Program-made: the position numbers and the translations under genes
DNA from: Macrostomum lignano
Taxonomy: Eukaryota
Assembly (NCBI GenBank): GCA_002269645.1
Contig: NIVC01000879.1
Span: 1 to 64,000, forward strand
DNA length: 64,000 bases
Reading direction: 5' to 3'
Notes under the pieces: model-generated
Told to the model about the DNA's origin: nothing
Databases searched by the model: none
What the model saw: only the letters and a program-made list of their open reading frames with translations
Part shown: positions 13,378 through 25,560 of the stretch, in pieces
How the letters are laid out: the number at the start of each line of letters is the position of its first letter
Numbering within the stretch: position 1 is the first letter of the stretch

Positions 13378-14645
13378 CAGATCCTCAGAATGGCGCCTCT
13401 CAGATCCTCAGAATGGCGCCTCTCAGATCCTCAGAATGGCGCCTCTCAGATCCTCAGAATGGCGCCTCTCAGATCCTCAGAATAGCGCCTCCCAGATTCT
13501 CAGAATGGCGCCTCCCAGATCCTCAGAATGGCGCCTCTCAGATCCTCAGAATGGCGCCTCCCAGATTCTCAGAATGGCGCCTCCCAGATCCTCAGAATGG
13601 CGCCTCTCAGATCCTCAGAATGGCGCCTCCCAGATTCTCAGAATATTGCCTCCCAGATCATCAGAATGGCGCCTCCCAGATCCTTAGAATGGCGCCCCTC
13701 ATATCCTTAGAATGGCGCCTCTCAGATCCTCAGAATGGCGCCCCTCATATCCTTAGAATGGCGCCTCTCAGATCCTCAGAATGGCGCCTCCCAGATTCTC
13801 AGAATGGCGCCCCTCAGATCCTCAGAATGACGCCTCCCAGATCCTTAGAATGGCGCCCCTCAGATCCTTAGAATGGCGCCCCTCAGATCCTCAGAATGGC
13901 GCCCCTCAGATCCTCAGAATGGCGCCCCTCAGATCATCAGAATGGCGCCTCCCAGATCATCAGAATGGCGCCCCTCAGATCATCAGAATGGCGCCTCCCA
14001 GATCATCAGAATAGCGCCTCCCAGATCATCAGAATGGCGCCTCCCAGATCATCAGAATGGCGCCTCCCAGATCATCAGAATAGTGCCTCCCAGATCATCA
14101 GAATAGCGCCTCCCAGATCATCAGAATAGCGCCCCTCATATCCTTAGAATGGCGCCTCTCAGATCCTTAGAATGGCGCCCCTCAGATCCTCAGAATGGCG
14201 CCCCTCAGATCCTCAGAATGGCGCCCCTCAGATCCTCAGAATGGCGCCTCCCAGATCATCAGAATGGCGCCCCTCAGATCATCAGAATGGCGCCTCCCAG
14301 ATCATCAGAATGGCGCCTCCCAGATCATCAGAATGGCGCCCCTCAGATCATCAGAATGGCGCCTCCCAGATCATCAGAATGGCGCCTCCCAGATCATCAG
14401 AATGGCGCCTCCCAGATCATCAGAATAGTGCCTCCCAGATCATCAGAATAGCGCCTCCCAGATCATCAGAATAGCGCCTCCCAGATCATCAGAATGGCGC
14501 CTCCCAGATCATCAGAATGGCGCCTCCCAGATCATCAGAATGGCGCCTCCCAGATCATCAGAATAGCGCCTCCCAGATCATCAGAATAGCGCCTCCCAGA
14601 TCATCAGAATAGCGCCTCCCAGATCATCAGAATAGCGCCCCTCAT
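13378..14645. repeat. 23-bp minisatellite, ~55 copies
   Basis: Unit CAGATC(C/A)TCAGAATGGCGCCTCC. The variant changes from CTC to ATC along the array. Confidence 0.97.
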
Positions 14646-15296
14646 CAGATCCTCAGACCTGCAGATCCATGCAGAATAGATCTATAGTCACTCATTTTAA
14701 ACGGAGATACGGAGAGCATTCTGTTTGCAACCGTGTAATCAGCTGAGTTTTCAATAATCAGTATGCCAAGCATTCAGCTGCCAGCAGTGCAATAATCGCC
14801 CTTAGATTGTAACTACATATAGGAAATCTGCTTACCAACCCCGTCCGTCAGGCGCGCACGCATTGAACACCTGCAGTGCGCAGTCAGAATTGAATCAATC
14901 ACCGGCATATAGAGGTTGCTGATTACTTGTCAACTGAGTTGGATTAATTTCCTATACGCGTAAATCTGTGTTACTTCTGGGCTAAGCAATATTTGAATGG
15001 CTGTAAACTCTCTTCCATTTCCAGTGAATATCCTGTATAGTGTATGGTGCATGGGTGGGACGGATGCAGCTGCACATTTGATGACAGTGTGCTGCATATT
15101 TGGGAGCTTATGAATCGGGTTGAATTACCCAATCAATTCCTGGCCTCTGTGTGTCTGTTACTCCTGGCTTTACAACTTTTTTATTTGACTCATTTTTGCT
15201 GCGTCTTTGTAGTTTTTTTTTGCTTGAGTTTCTTTATTTCATTGCTGCTTTTTATCGGGGTTTGGGAGGTTAGGAGGTGAAATGCTGGGGCGGAGA

Positions 15297-18200
15297 ACAG
15301 GGAGAGCGGCTCTCAGTGCTGAAGGTTAAGGGAGAGCGGCTCTCAGTGCTGAAGGTTAAGGGAGAGCGGCTCTCAGTGCTGAAGGTTAAGGGAGAGCGGC
15401 TCTCAGTGCTGAAGGTTAAGGGAGAGCGGCTCTCAGTGCTGAAGGTTAAGGGAGAGCGGCTCTCAGTGCTGAAGGTTAAGGGAGAGCGACTCTCAGTGCT
15501 GAAGGTTAAGGGAGAGCGGCTCTCAGTGCTGAAGGTTAAGGGAGAGCGGCTCTCAGTGCTGAGGTTAAGGGAGAGCGGCTCTCAGTGCTGAAGGTTAAGG
15601 GAGAGCGGCTCTCAGTGCTGAAGGTTAAGGGAGAGCGGCTCTCAGTGCTGAAGGTTAAGGGAGAGCGGCTCTCAGTGCTGAGGTTAAGGGAGAGCGGCTC
15701 TCAGTGCTGAAGGTTAAGGGAGAGCGGCTCTCAGTGCTGAAGGTTAAGGGAGAGCGGCTCTCAGTGCTGAAGGTTAAGGGAGAGCGGCTCTCAGTGCTGA
15801 GGTTAAGGGAGAGCGGCTCTCAGTGCTGAAGGTTAAGGGAGAGCGGCTCTCAGTGCTGAAGGTTAAGGGAGAGCGGCTCTCAGTGCTGAAGGTTAAGGGA
15901 GAGCGGCTCTCAGTGCTGAGGTTAAGGGAGAGCGGCTCTCAGTGCTGAAGGTTAAGGGAGAGCGGCTCTCAGTGCTGAAGGTTAAGGGAGAGCGGCTCTC
16001 AGTGCTGAAGGTTAAGGGAGAGCGGCTCTCAGTGCTGAAGGTTAAGGGAGAGCGCTCTCAGTGCTGAAGGTTAAGGGAGAGCGGCTCTCAGTGCTGAAGG
16101 TTAAGGGAGAGCGGCTCTCAGTGCTGAGGTTAAGGGAGAGCGGCTCTCAGTGCTGAAGGTTAAGGGAGAGCGGCTCTCAGTGCTGAAGGTTAAGGGAGAG
16201 CGGCTCTCAGTGCTGAAGGTTAAGGGAGAGCGGCTCTCAGTGCTGAAGGTTAAGGGAGAGCGGCTCTCAGTGCTGAAGGTTAAGGGAGAGCGGCTCTCAG
16301 TGCTGAAGGTTAAGGGAGAGCGGCTCTCAGTGCTGAAGGTTAAGGGAGAGCGGCTCTCAGTGCTGAAGGTTAAGGGAGAGCGGCTCTCAGTGCTGAAGGT
16401 TAAGGGAGAGCGGCTCTCAGTGCTGAAGGTTAAGGGAGAGCGGCTCTCAGTGCTGAAGGTTAAGGGAGAGCGGCTCTCAGTGCTGAAGGTTAAGGGAGAG
16501 CGGCTCTCAGTGCTGAAGGTTAAGGGAGAGCGCTCTCAGTGCTGAAGGTTAAGGGAGAGCGGCTCTCAGTGCTGAAGGTTAAGGGAGAGCGGCTCTCAGT
16601 GCTGAAGGTTAAGGGAGAGCGGCTCTCAGTGCTGAAGGTTAAGGGAGAGCGGCTCTCAGTGCTGAAGGTTAAGGGAGAGCGGCTCTCAGTGCTGAAGGTT
16701 AAGGGAGAGCGGCTCTCAGTGCTGAAGGTTAAGGGAGAGCGGCTCTCAGTGCTGAAGGTTAAGGGAGAGCGGCTCTCAGTGCTGAAGGTTAAGGGAGAGC
16801 GGCTCTCAGTGCTGAAGGTTAAGGGAGAGCGGCTCTCAGTGCTGAAGGTTAAGGGAGAGCGGCTCTCAGTGCTGAAGGTTAAGGGAGAGCGGCTCTCAGT
16901 GCTGAAGGTTAAGGGAGAGCGGCTCTCAGTGCTGAAGGTTAAGGGAGAGCGGCTCTCAGTGCTGAAGGTTAAGGGAGAGCGGCTCTCAGTGCTGAAGGTT
17001 AAGGGAGAGCGGCTCTCAGTGCTGAAGGTTAAGGGAGAGCGGCTCTCAGTGCTGAAGGTTAAGGGAGAGCGGCTCTCAGTGCTGAAGGTTAAGGGAGAGC
17101 GGCTCTCAGTGCTGAAGGTTAAGGGAGAGCGGCTCTCAGTGCTGAAGGTTAAGGGAGAGCGGCTCTCAGTGCTGAAGGTTAAGGGAGAGCGGCTCTCAGT
17201 GCTGAAGGTTAAGGGAGAGCGGCTCTCAGTGCTGAAGGTTAAGGGAGAGCGGCTCTCAGTGCTGAAGGTTAAGGGAGAGCGGCTCTCAGTGCTGAAGGTT
17301 AAGGGAGAGCGGCTCTCAGTGCTGAAGGTTAAGGGAGAGCGGCTCTCAGTGCTGAAGGTTAAGGGAGAGCGGCTCTCAGTGCTGAAGGTTAAGGGAGAGC
17401 GGCTCTCAGTGCTGAAGGTTAAGGGAGAGCGGCTCTCAGTGCTGAAGGTTAAGGGAGAGCGGCTCTCAGTGCTGAAGGTTAAGGGAGAGCGGCTCTCAGT
17501 GCTGAAGGTTAAGGGAGAGCGGCTCTCAGTGCTGAAGGTTAAGGGAGAGCGGCTCTCAGTGCTGAAGGTTAAGGGAGAGCGGCTCTCAGTGCTGAAGGTT
17601 AAGGGAGAGCGGCTCTCAGTGCTGAAGGTTAAGGGAGAGCGGCTCTCAGTGCTGAAGGTTAAGGGAGAGCGGCTCTCAGTGCTGAAGGTTAAGGGAGAGC
17701 GGCTCTCAGTGCTGAAGGTTAAGGGAGAGCGGCTCTCAGTGCTGAAGGTTAAGGGAGAGCGGCTCTCAGTGCTGAAGGTTAAGGGAGAGCGGCTCTCAGT
17801 GCTGAAGGTTAAGGGAGAGCGGCTCTCAGTGCTGAAGGTTAAGGGAGAGCGGCTCTCAGTGCTGAAGGTTAAGGGAGAGCGGCTCTCAGTGCTGAAGGTT
17901 AAGGGAGAGCGGCTCTCAGTGCTGAAGGTTAAGGGAGAGCGGCTCTCAGTGCTGAAGGTTAAGGGAGAGCGGCTCTCAGTGCTGAAGGTTAAGGGAGAGC
18001 GGCTCTCAGTGCTGAAGGTTAAGGGAGAGCGGCTCTCAGTGCTGAAGGTTAAGGGAGAGCGGCTCTCAGTGCTGAAGGTTAAGGGAGAGCGGCTCTCAGT
18101 GCTGAAGGTTAAGGGAGAGCGGCTCTCAGTGCTGAAGGTTAAGGGAGAGCGGCTCTCAGTGCTGAAGGTTAAGGGAGAGCGGCTCTCAGTGCTGAAGGTT

Positions 18201-21200
18201 AAGGGAGAGCGGCTCTCAGTGCTGAAGGTTAAGGGAGAGCGGCTCTCAGTGCTGAAGGTTAAGGGAGAGCGGCTCTCAGTGCTGAGGTTAAGGGAGAGCG
18301 GCTCTCAGTGCTGAAGGTTAAGGGAGAGCGGCTCTCAGTGCTGAAGGTTAAGGGAGAGCGGCTCTCAGTGCTGAAGGTTAAGGGAGAGCGGCTCTCAGTG
18401 CTGAAGGTTAAGGGAGAGCGGCTCTCAGTGCTGAGGTTAAGGGAGAGCGGCTCTCAGTGCTGAAGGTTAAGGGAGAGCGGCTCTCAGTGCTGAAGGTTAA
18501 GGGAGAGCGGCTCTCAGTGCTGAAGGTTAAGGGAGAGCGGCTCTCAGTGCTGAAGGTTAAGGGAGAGCGGCTCTCAGTGCTGAAGGTTAAGGGAGAGCGG
18601 CTCTCAGTGCTGAAGGTTAAGGGAGAGCGGCTCTCAGTGCTGAAGGTTAAGGGAGAGCGGCTCTCAGTGCTGAAGGTTAAGGGAGAGCGGCTCTCAGTGC
18701 TGAAGGTTAAGGGAGAGCGGCTCTCAGTGCTGAAGGTTAAGGGAGAGCGGCTCTCAGTGCTGAGGGTTAAGGGAGAGCGGCTCTCAGTGCTGAGGGTTAA
18801 GGGAGAGCGGCTCTCAGTGCTGAGGGTTAAGGGAGAGCGGCTCTCAGTGCTGAGGGTTAAGGGAGAGCGACTCTCAGTGCTGAGGGTTAAGGGAGAGCGG
18901 CTCTCAGTGCTGAGGGTTAAGGGAGAGCGGCTCTCAGTGCTGAGGGTTAAGGGAGAGCGGCTCTCAGTGCTGAGGTTAAGGGAGAGCGGCTCTCAGTGCT
19001 GAGGTTAAGGGAGAGCGACTCTCAGTGCTGAAGGTTAAGGGAGAGCGACTCTCAGTGCTGAGGGTTAAGGGAGAGCGCTCTCAGTGCTGAAGGTTAAGGG
19101 AGAGCGCTCTCAGTGCTGAAGGTTAAGGGAGAGCGGCTCTCAGTGCTGAAGGTTAAGGGAGAGCGGCTCTCAGTGCTGAAGGTTAAGGGAGAGCGGCTCT
19201 CAGTGCTGAAGGTTAAGGGAGAGCGGCTCTCAGTGCTGAAGGTTAAGGGAGAGCGGCTCTCAGTGCTGAAGGTTAAGGGAGAGCGGCTCTCAGTGCTGAA
19301 GGTTAAGGGAGAGCGGCTCTCAGTGCTGAAGGTTAAGGGAGAGCGGCTCTCAGTGCTGAAGGTTAAGGGAGAGCGGCTCTCAGTGCTGAAGGTTAAGGGA
19401 GAGCGGCTCTCAGTGCTGAAGGTTAAGGGAGAGCGGCTCTCAGTGCTGAAGGTTAAGGGAGAGCGGCTCTCAGTGCTGAAGGTTAAGGGAGAGCGGCTCT
19501 CAGTGCTGAAGGTTAAGGGAGAGCGGCTCTCAGTGCTGAAGGTTAAGGGAGAGCGGCTCTCAGTGCTGAAGGTTAAGGGAGAGCGGCTCTCAGTGCTGAA
19601 GGTTAAGGGAGAGCGGCTCTCAGTGCTGAAGGTTAAGGGAGAGCGGCTCTCAGTGCTGAAGGTTAAGGGAGAGCGGCTCTCAGTGCTGAAGGTTAAGGGA
19701 GAGCGGCTCTCAGTGCTGAAGGTTAAGGGAGAGCGGCTCTCAGTGCTGAAGGTTAAGGGAGAGCGGCTCTCAGTGCTGAAGGTTAAGGGAGAGCGGCTCT
19801 CAGTGCTGAAGGTTAAGGGAGAGCGGCTCTCAGTGCTGAAGGTTAAGGGAGAGCGGCTCTCAGTGCTGAAGGTTAAGGGAGAGCGGCTCTCAGTGCTGAA
19901 GGTTAAGGGAGAGCGGCTCTCAGTGCTGAAGGTTAAGGGAGAGCGGCTCTCAGTGCTGAAGGTTAAGGGAGAGCGGCTCTCAGTGCTGAAGGTTAAGGGA
20001 GAGCGGCTCTCAGTGCTGAAGGTTAAGGGAGAGCGGCTCTCAGTGCTGAAGGTTAAGGGAGAGCGGCTCTCAGTGCTGAAGGTTAAGGGAGAGCGGCTCT
20101 CAGTGCTGAAGGTTAAGGGAGAGCGGCTCTCAGTGCTGAAGGTTAAGGGAGAGCGGCTCTCAGTGCTGAAGGTTAAGGGAGAGCGGCTCTCAGTGCTGAA
20201 GGTTAAGGGAGAGCGGCTCTCAGTGCTGAAGGTTAAGGGAGAGCGGCTCTCAGTGCTGAAGGTTAAGGGAGAGCGGCTCTCAGTGCTGAAGGTTAAGGGA
20301 GAGCGGCTCTCAGTGCTGAAGGTTAAGGGAGAGCGGCTCTCAGTGCTGAAGGTTAAGGGAGAGCGGCTCTCAGTGCTGAAGGTTAAGGGAGAGCGGCTCT
20401 CAGTGCTGAAGGTTAAGGGAGAGCGGCTCTCAGTGCTGAAGGTTAAGGGAGAGCGGCTCTCAGTGCTGAAGGTTAAGGGAGAGCGGCTCTCAGTGCTGAA
20501 GGTTAAGGGAGAGCGGCTCTCAGTGCTGAAGGTTAAGGGAGAGCGGCTCTCAGTGCTGAAGGTTAAGGGAGAGCGGCTCTCAGTGCTGAAGGTTAAGGGA
20601 GAGCGGCTCTCAGTGCTGAAGGTTAAGGGAGAGCGGCTCTCAGTGCTGAAGGTTAAGGGAGAGCGGCTCTCAGTGCTGAAGGTTAAGGGAGAGCGGCTCT
20701 CAGTGCTGAAGGTTAAGGGAGAGCGGCTCTCAGTGCTGAAGGTTAAGGGAGAGCGGCTCTCAGTGCTGAAGGTTAAGGGAGAGCGGCTCTCAGTGCTGAA
20801 GGTTAAGGGAGAGCGGCTCTCAGTGCTGAAGGTTAAGGGAGAGCGGCTCTCAGTGCTGAAGGTTAAGGGAGAGCGGCTCTCAGTGCTGAAGGTTAAGGGA
20901 GAGCGGCTCTCAGTGCTGAAGGTTAAGGGAGAGCGGCTCTCAGTGCTGAAGGTTAAGGGAGAGCGGCTCTCAGTGCTGAAGGTTAAGGGAGAGCGGCTCT
21001 CAGTGCTGAAGGTTAAGGGAGAGCGGCTCTCAGTGCTGAAGGTTAAGGGAGAGCGGCTCTCAGTGCTGAAGGTTAAGGGAGAGCGGCTCTCAGTGCTGAA
21101 GGTTAAGGGAGAGCGGCTCTCAGTGCTGAAGGTTAAGGGAGAGCGGCTCTCAGTGCTGAAGGTTAAGGGAGAGCGGCTCTCAGTGCTGAAGGTTAAGGGA

Positions 21201-21632
21201 GAGCGGCTCTCAGTGCTGAAGGTTAAGGGAGAGCGGCTCTCAGTGCTGAAGGTTAAGGGAGAGCGGCTCTCAGTGCTGAAGGTTAAGGGAGAGCGGCTCT
21301 CAGTGCTGAAGGTTAAGGGAGAGCGGCTCTCAGTGCTGAAGGTTAAGGGAGAGCGGCTCTCAGTGCTGAAGGTTAAGGGAGAGCTCTCAGTGCTGAGGTT
21401 AAGGGAGAGCGGCTCTCAGTGCTGAAGGTTAAGGGAGAGCCGCTCTCAGTGCTGAGGTTAAGGGAGAGCGGCTCTCAGTGCTGAAGGTTAAGGGAGAGCG
21501 GCTCTCAGTGCTGAAGGTTAAGGGAGAGCGCTCTCAGTGCTGAGGTTAAGGGAGAGCGGCTCTCAGTGCTGAAGGTTAAGGGAGAGCCGCTCTCAGTGCT
21601 GAGGGTTAAGGGAGAACGGCTCTCAGTGCTGA
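15297..21632. repeat. 6.3-kb highly homogeneous 30-bp satellite, ~210 copies
   Basis: Unit GGAGAGCGGCTCTCAGTGCTGAAGGTTAAG with internal inverted repeat GAGAGC-G-GCTCTC. Confidence 0.99.
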
Positions 21633-22267
21633 AGATTTTGAAGCGTCCTCTTAACGTTATTTATTGGTCAGTTTTGCTCATATTTCCAGTCGTAGTTTGT
21701 TATACTGACTCTCTCCTTGGCCTGGAGTGGAATGGTTCTCACAATAAACCTTCCGTACCTTCCGGTTTCTCCACAATGTTTTTATTAGTTGGTTGCCACT
21801 GCATTATTATCTGTGTTAGAAATCTAAAATGAGGATATGTAATCTTGGGAATACGGAACAAGCCGAGTTCACATGTGCGCCCACTTATTTAGCTATATAA
21901 TGCTAGTTTAATGCTATGAGACAGCCAGCCATTTGGGGGATTCATACAGTTAATGCAGTTCGAAATATGTTATATATATGTGCTTACCATTGACATCCTT
22001 GCGTATTATGCTTTTATATCTATGGATCTCGGAACTGGTTCAAGTTTTGAAAATATTCTTTAAAAATTGTATATAAGGAGGATCTGGGATGTCTCTCGTG
22101 CGAGCGGGGGCACGGGAAGCGGCACTCATATTTTCTTAACAATAATGTTTAGATCGAATATTGTTTAGGAAAGGTTGGCTGCTTCAAATGACACTGAGTT
22201 TCTTGTAAAGCTGTGGGGAAACTGACAATGAAGAGTTTTCTGGATTTTTTTCTCCAACTTTTCCACT

Positions 22268-22800
22268 CTCATAGACGATTCTCATAGACAATTCTCATAG
22301 ACTATTCTCATAGACTATTCTCATAGACTATTCTCATAGACAATTCTCATAGACAATTCTCATAGACAATTCTCATAGACAATTCTCATAGACAATTCTC
22401 ATAGACAATTCTCATAGACAATTCTCATACACAATTCTCATAGACAATTCTCATCGACAATTCTGATAGACAATTCTCATAGACAATTCTGATAGACAAT
22501 TCTCATCGACAATTCTGATAGACAATTCTCATAGACAATTCTGATAGACAATTCTCATAGACAATTCTCATAGACAATTCTCATAGACAATTCTCATAGA
22601 CAATTCTCATAGACAATTCTCATAGACAATTCTCATAGACAATTCTCATAGACAATTCTCATAGACAATTCTCATAGACTATTCTCATAGACTATTCTCA
22701 TAGACAATTCTCATAGACAATTCTCATAGACTATTCCCATAGACAATTCTCATAGACAATTCTCATAGACAATTCTCATAGACAATTCTCATAGACAATT
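22268..22800. repeat. 13-bp minisatellite, ~41 copies
   Basis: Unit GACAATTCTCATA. Confidence 0.97.
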
Positions 22801-23349
22801 CGCTCATAGCTGCGGCCAGATGAGAGAGAAAAGGAGAGGGAATAGAGAAGCAGATATAGAAGATGAGAGAAGAGATGATTCAAAAGTTAGGAAAGTTAGA
22901 TTGGATTGCTATAGTAAATTAGAGAGGCCTCTTGCAGAGCCGCATGTGTTTTAAGCCATGAGGAATAGGGGATGGGTAGGGTGAGGCGGGGGCTGCTCTT
23001 GCAGGTTAATCGGGTGTGCAGACACCCAGTTGAGGTCGCGTGTTGGCCAAACCTCTCCGGAGTCTTTCAAGTGGAAAAGAATTCTTCCCGCTAAACAGAC
23101 ACCAAGCAATCCAGCGCATTGCAACCGCTTATTCATTGAGAAAGTTTTATACAATATAAAGCTAGAGGATCGGTTGAAATTTCCCATTTTCACATTGCCT
23201 GTCACCTGTCCACCCCTTAGTCGCTGCATGGCATCGGGGCTTTCTCTCTGATTGAATAGACTGAACTATACTCTTTCTGTGTGAAACATCCAGCTGAGAG
23301 CTGGTGGCCAGTGCTGTCTGGAAACCATGTTTTTCGCAGTCTTTTTAAG

Positions 23350-24303
23350 AGAGAGAGGAGAGAGGGGAGAGAGAAGGCAGAAGAGAGGTGGATATGGGTG
23401 AAAGGGGCACAGGGGCGAATAGATCAGGGAGGTTGGGAGAGTAGAGGAGGGGAGAGTAGAGAGAGGAGGGAAGAGAAGAGAGAGGAGGGGAGAGAAGAGA
23501 GAGGGGGGAGAGAAAAAGAGGAGAGAAGAGAGAGGAGAGGAGAAGGGAGAGGTGAGAGGGGAGAGGAGAGGAGAGAGGGGAGAGGAGAGGAGAGAGCGGA
23601 GATGAGAGAGGGGAGAGGAGAGGAGAGAGCGGAGATGAGAGAGGGGAGAGGAGAGGAGAGAGCGGAGATGAGAGGGGAGAGGAGAGGAGAGAGCGGAGAT
23701 GAGAGAGGGGAGAGGAGATGAGAGAGCGGAGATGAGAGAGGGGAGAGGAGAGGAGAGAGCGGAGATGAGAGAGGGGAGAGGAGAGGAGAGAGCGGAGATG
23801 AGAGAGGGGAGAGGAGAGGAGAGAGCGGAGATGAGAGAGGGGAGAGGAGAGGAGAGAGCGGAGATGAGAGAGGGGAGAGGAGAGGAGAGAGCGGAGATGA
23901 GAGAGGGGAGAGGAGAGGAGAGAGCGGAGATGAGAGAGGGGAGAGGAGAGGAGAGAGCGGAGATGAGAGAGGGGAGAGGAGAGGAGAGAGCGGAGATGAG
24001 AGAGGGGAGAGGAGAGGAGAGAGCGGAGATGAGAGAGGGGAGAGGAGAGGAGAGAGCGGAGATGAGAGAGGGGAGAGGAGAGGAGAGAGCGGAGATGAGA
24101 GAGGGGAGAGGAGAGGAGAGAGCGGAGATGAGAGAGGGAGAGGAGAGGAGAGAGCGGAGATGAGAGAGGGGAGAGGAGAGGAGAGAGCGGAGATGAGAGA
24201 GGGGAGAGGAGAGGAGAGAGCGGAGATGAGAGAGGGGAGAGGAGAGGAGAGAGCGGAGATGAGAGAGGGGAGAGGAGAGGAGAGAGCGGAGATGAGAGAG
24301 GAG
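23350..24303. repeat. Purine-rich tract with 33-bp tandem unit
   Basis: Unit GAGAGAGCGGAGATGAGAGAGGGGAGAGGAGAG, regular from about 23570. Confidence 0.95.
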
Positions 24304-25080
24304 ATAAAGACAGTGCAGGAGACAAAGGTGACGAATGCAGGTTGAAATGATCCGAAGCAGTTTTCAAGTTATGAAGCAGAATCGTCTTGCCTAGTAAAAT
24401 TACTGAAAAGTGTGGCAACCATTGAGTAGACAATAAATAATTTTTTCCTTTCCTTCAATGGGTGTCTCTGACTGAGATCTTAACTATATCGCTCCATAAC
24501 TCCATGGCATGTTTGACCAGTTGTCTATTCATTCCCAGGCAGTAATTTATATCAGGCATTGAGATTGAGAACCTTATACTCGTATATCAAATATCCCTTT
24601 TAACCTGAGCACTGCTGCAGGTGTTCAAGCAGGCGGTCTCGCACACAGCAGCCACTTGAGTTTGGTCCCTGCAGCAGGTCCTGACTCCTGAATATTTATA
24701 TAACATTTCAGAATGGAATTGTCTCGATACAGAGCAGCCCTGCCAGCCTTTGGGTATTATAATGGTTGAAAAATTGGAGAATCCAGTTGCAACAAAAAAG
24801 CACAGAGGGAGGGGGGGGGTTTGCTTATTGGGTATTGGGGGCTTCGGCTGTGTTTGTTCACCTTGTAGGCTGTGTTGGATCTGCAGACCTGTTTTATACT
24901 GCATTTGGAGTGGCAATTGATATTCCCCAATAATACAGCGATCCCACCGCTCTCTACATACACAGTTTGTTAAGATTCATTATTTATGCTGAATCTGCAT
25001 TTAAAGTATAATAAAAATAGCAAATTTCATTTTCGCGCACAAGCCTCAAATAAATGATTAAAGACAACAATTTGATCCAG

Positions 25081-25252
25081 TAGCGGATCCAGAAAATGTT
25101 GAACGGGGGGGGGGCGCAGACTACTAAGGTACATATATATTCATATCATGTACAAGTATATGTACATGATAATGTGTATTTACCATATAAAAAATCAAGA
25201 AAATCAAACTCAACGGGGGGCGCGCCCTGTGCGCCCCCCTCTAAATCCGCTA
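25081..25252. mobile_element. MITE (~172 bp) upstream of Gsx
   Basis: Imperfect TIRs TAGCGGATCCAGA...TCTAAATCCGCTA, with G-run/GCGC and GCGC/C-run subterminal motifs. Confidence 0.6.
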
Positions 25253-25339
25253 ACGATTTGATCGAGTTAGAAAGAAGTTGAGTCTGTAGCTTCTTTCATG
25301 TTTGCTCCGATCGTCATTAAAAAAATGTCAGCCACTAAG

Positions 25340-25560
25340 AGAAAGAGCCAAGCAGAGCTCTCTCATTGGCTGGGCACACGAGGCCACCCCCTGGCCTTGC
25401 GATAACGGGAGCCAATACCGAGAGGGAAGCGGCTGAGGAGTTGGCTGGCGGAGCAGCGAGATATTATAGCCAAGAATTTTAAATGCCTGCTCAATAAAGC
25501 CAGCCAGAATTGCTTTCAGTTCAATTCTTATTTCCTAAACTAGACAAGCGGCCAGAAAAA
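25340..25560 (+). promoter_or_regulatory. Putative Gsx proximal promoter / 5'UTR
   Basis: GC-rich island with a CCAAT box near 25412 and an ATTGG near 25365, directly upstream of the ATG. Confidence 0.35.

Noticed and set aside
13378-14645. CRISPR-like array, or hammerhead array (CTGATGA on the minus strand)
   Set aside because: No unique spacers, no cas genes, eukaryotic context, and no GAAA half of the ribozyme core.
15000-15060. YRIFTGNGREFT on the minus strand, resembling an integrase DNG.EF motif
   Set aside because: Too short, lacks the catalytic Asp and has no supporting ORF.
15277-21425. 591- and 770-aa LKVKGERLSV repeat ORFs
   Set aside because: Translation of a 30-bp satellite with frame-breaking indels and no true ATG context.
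15297-21632. True telomeric array
   Set aside because: TTAAGGG occurs once per 30-bp unit and is not tandem TTAGGG; genes lie on both sides.
24757-24963. GGIAVLLGNINCHS resembling a LINE endonuclease GDFN motif
   Set aside because: Single weak motif and no RT nearby; at most an unresolvable relic.
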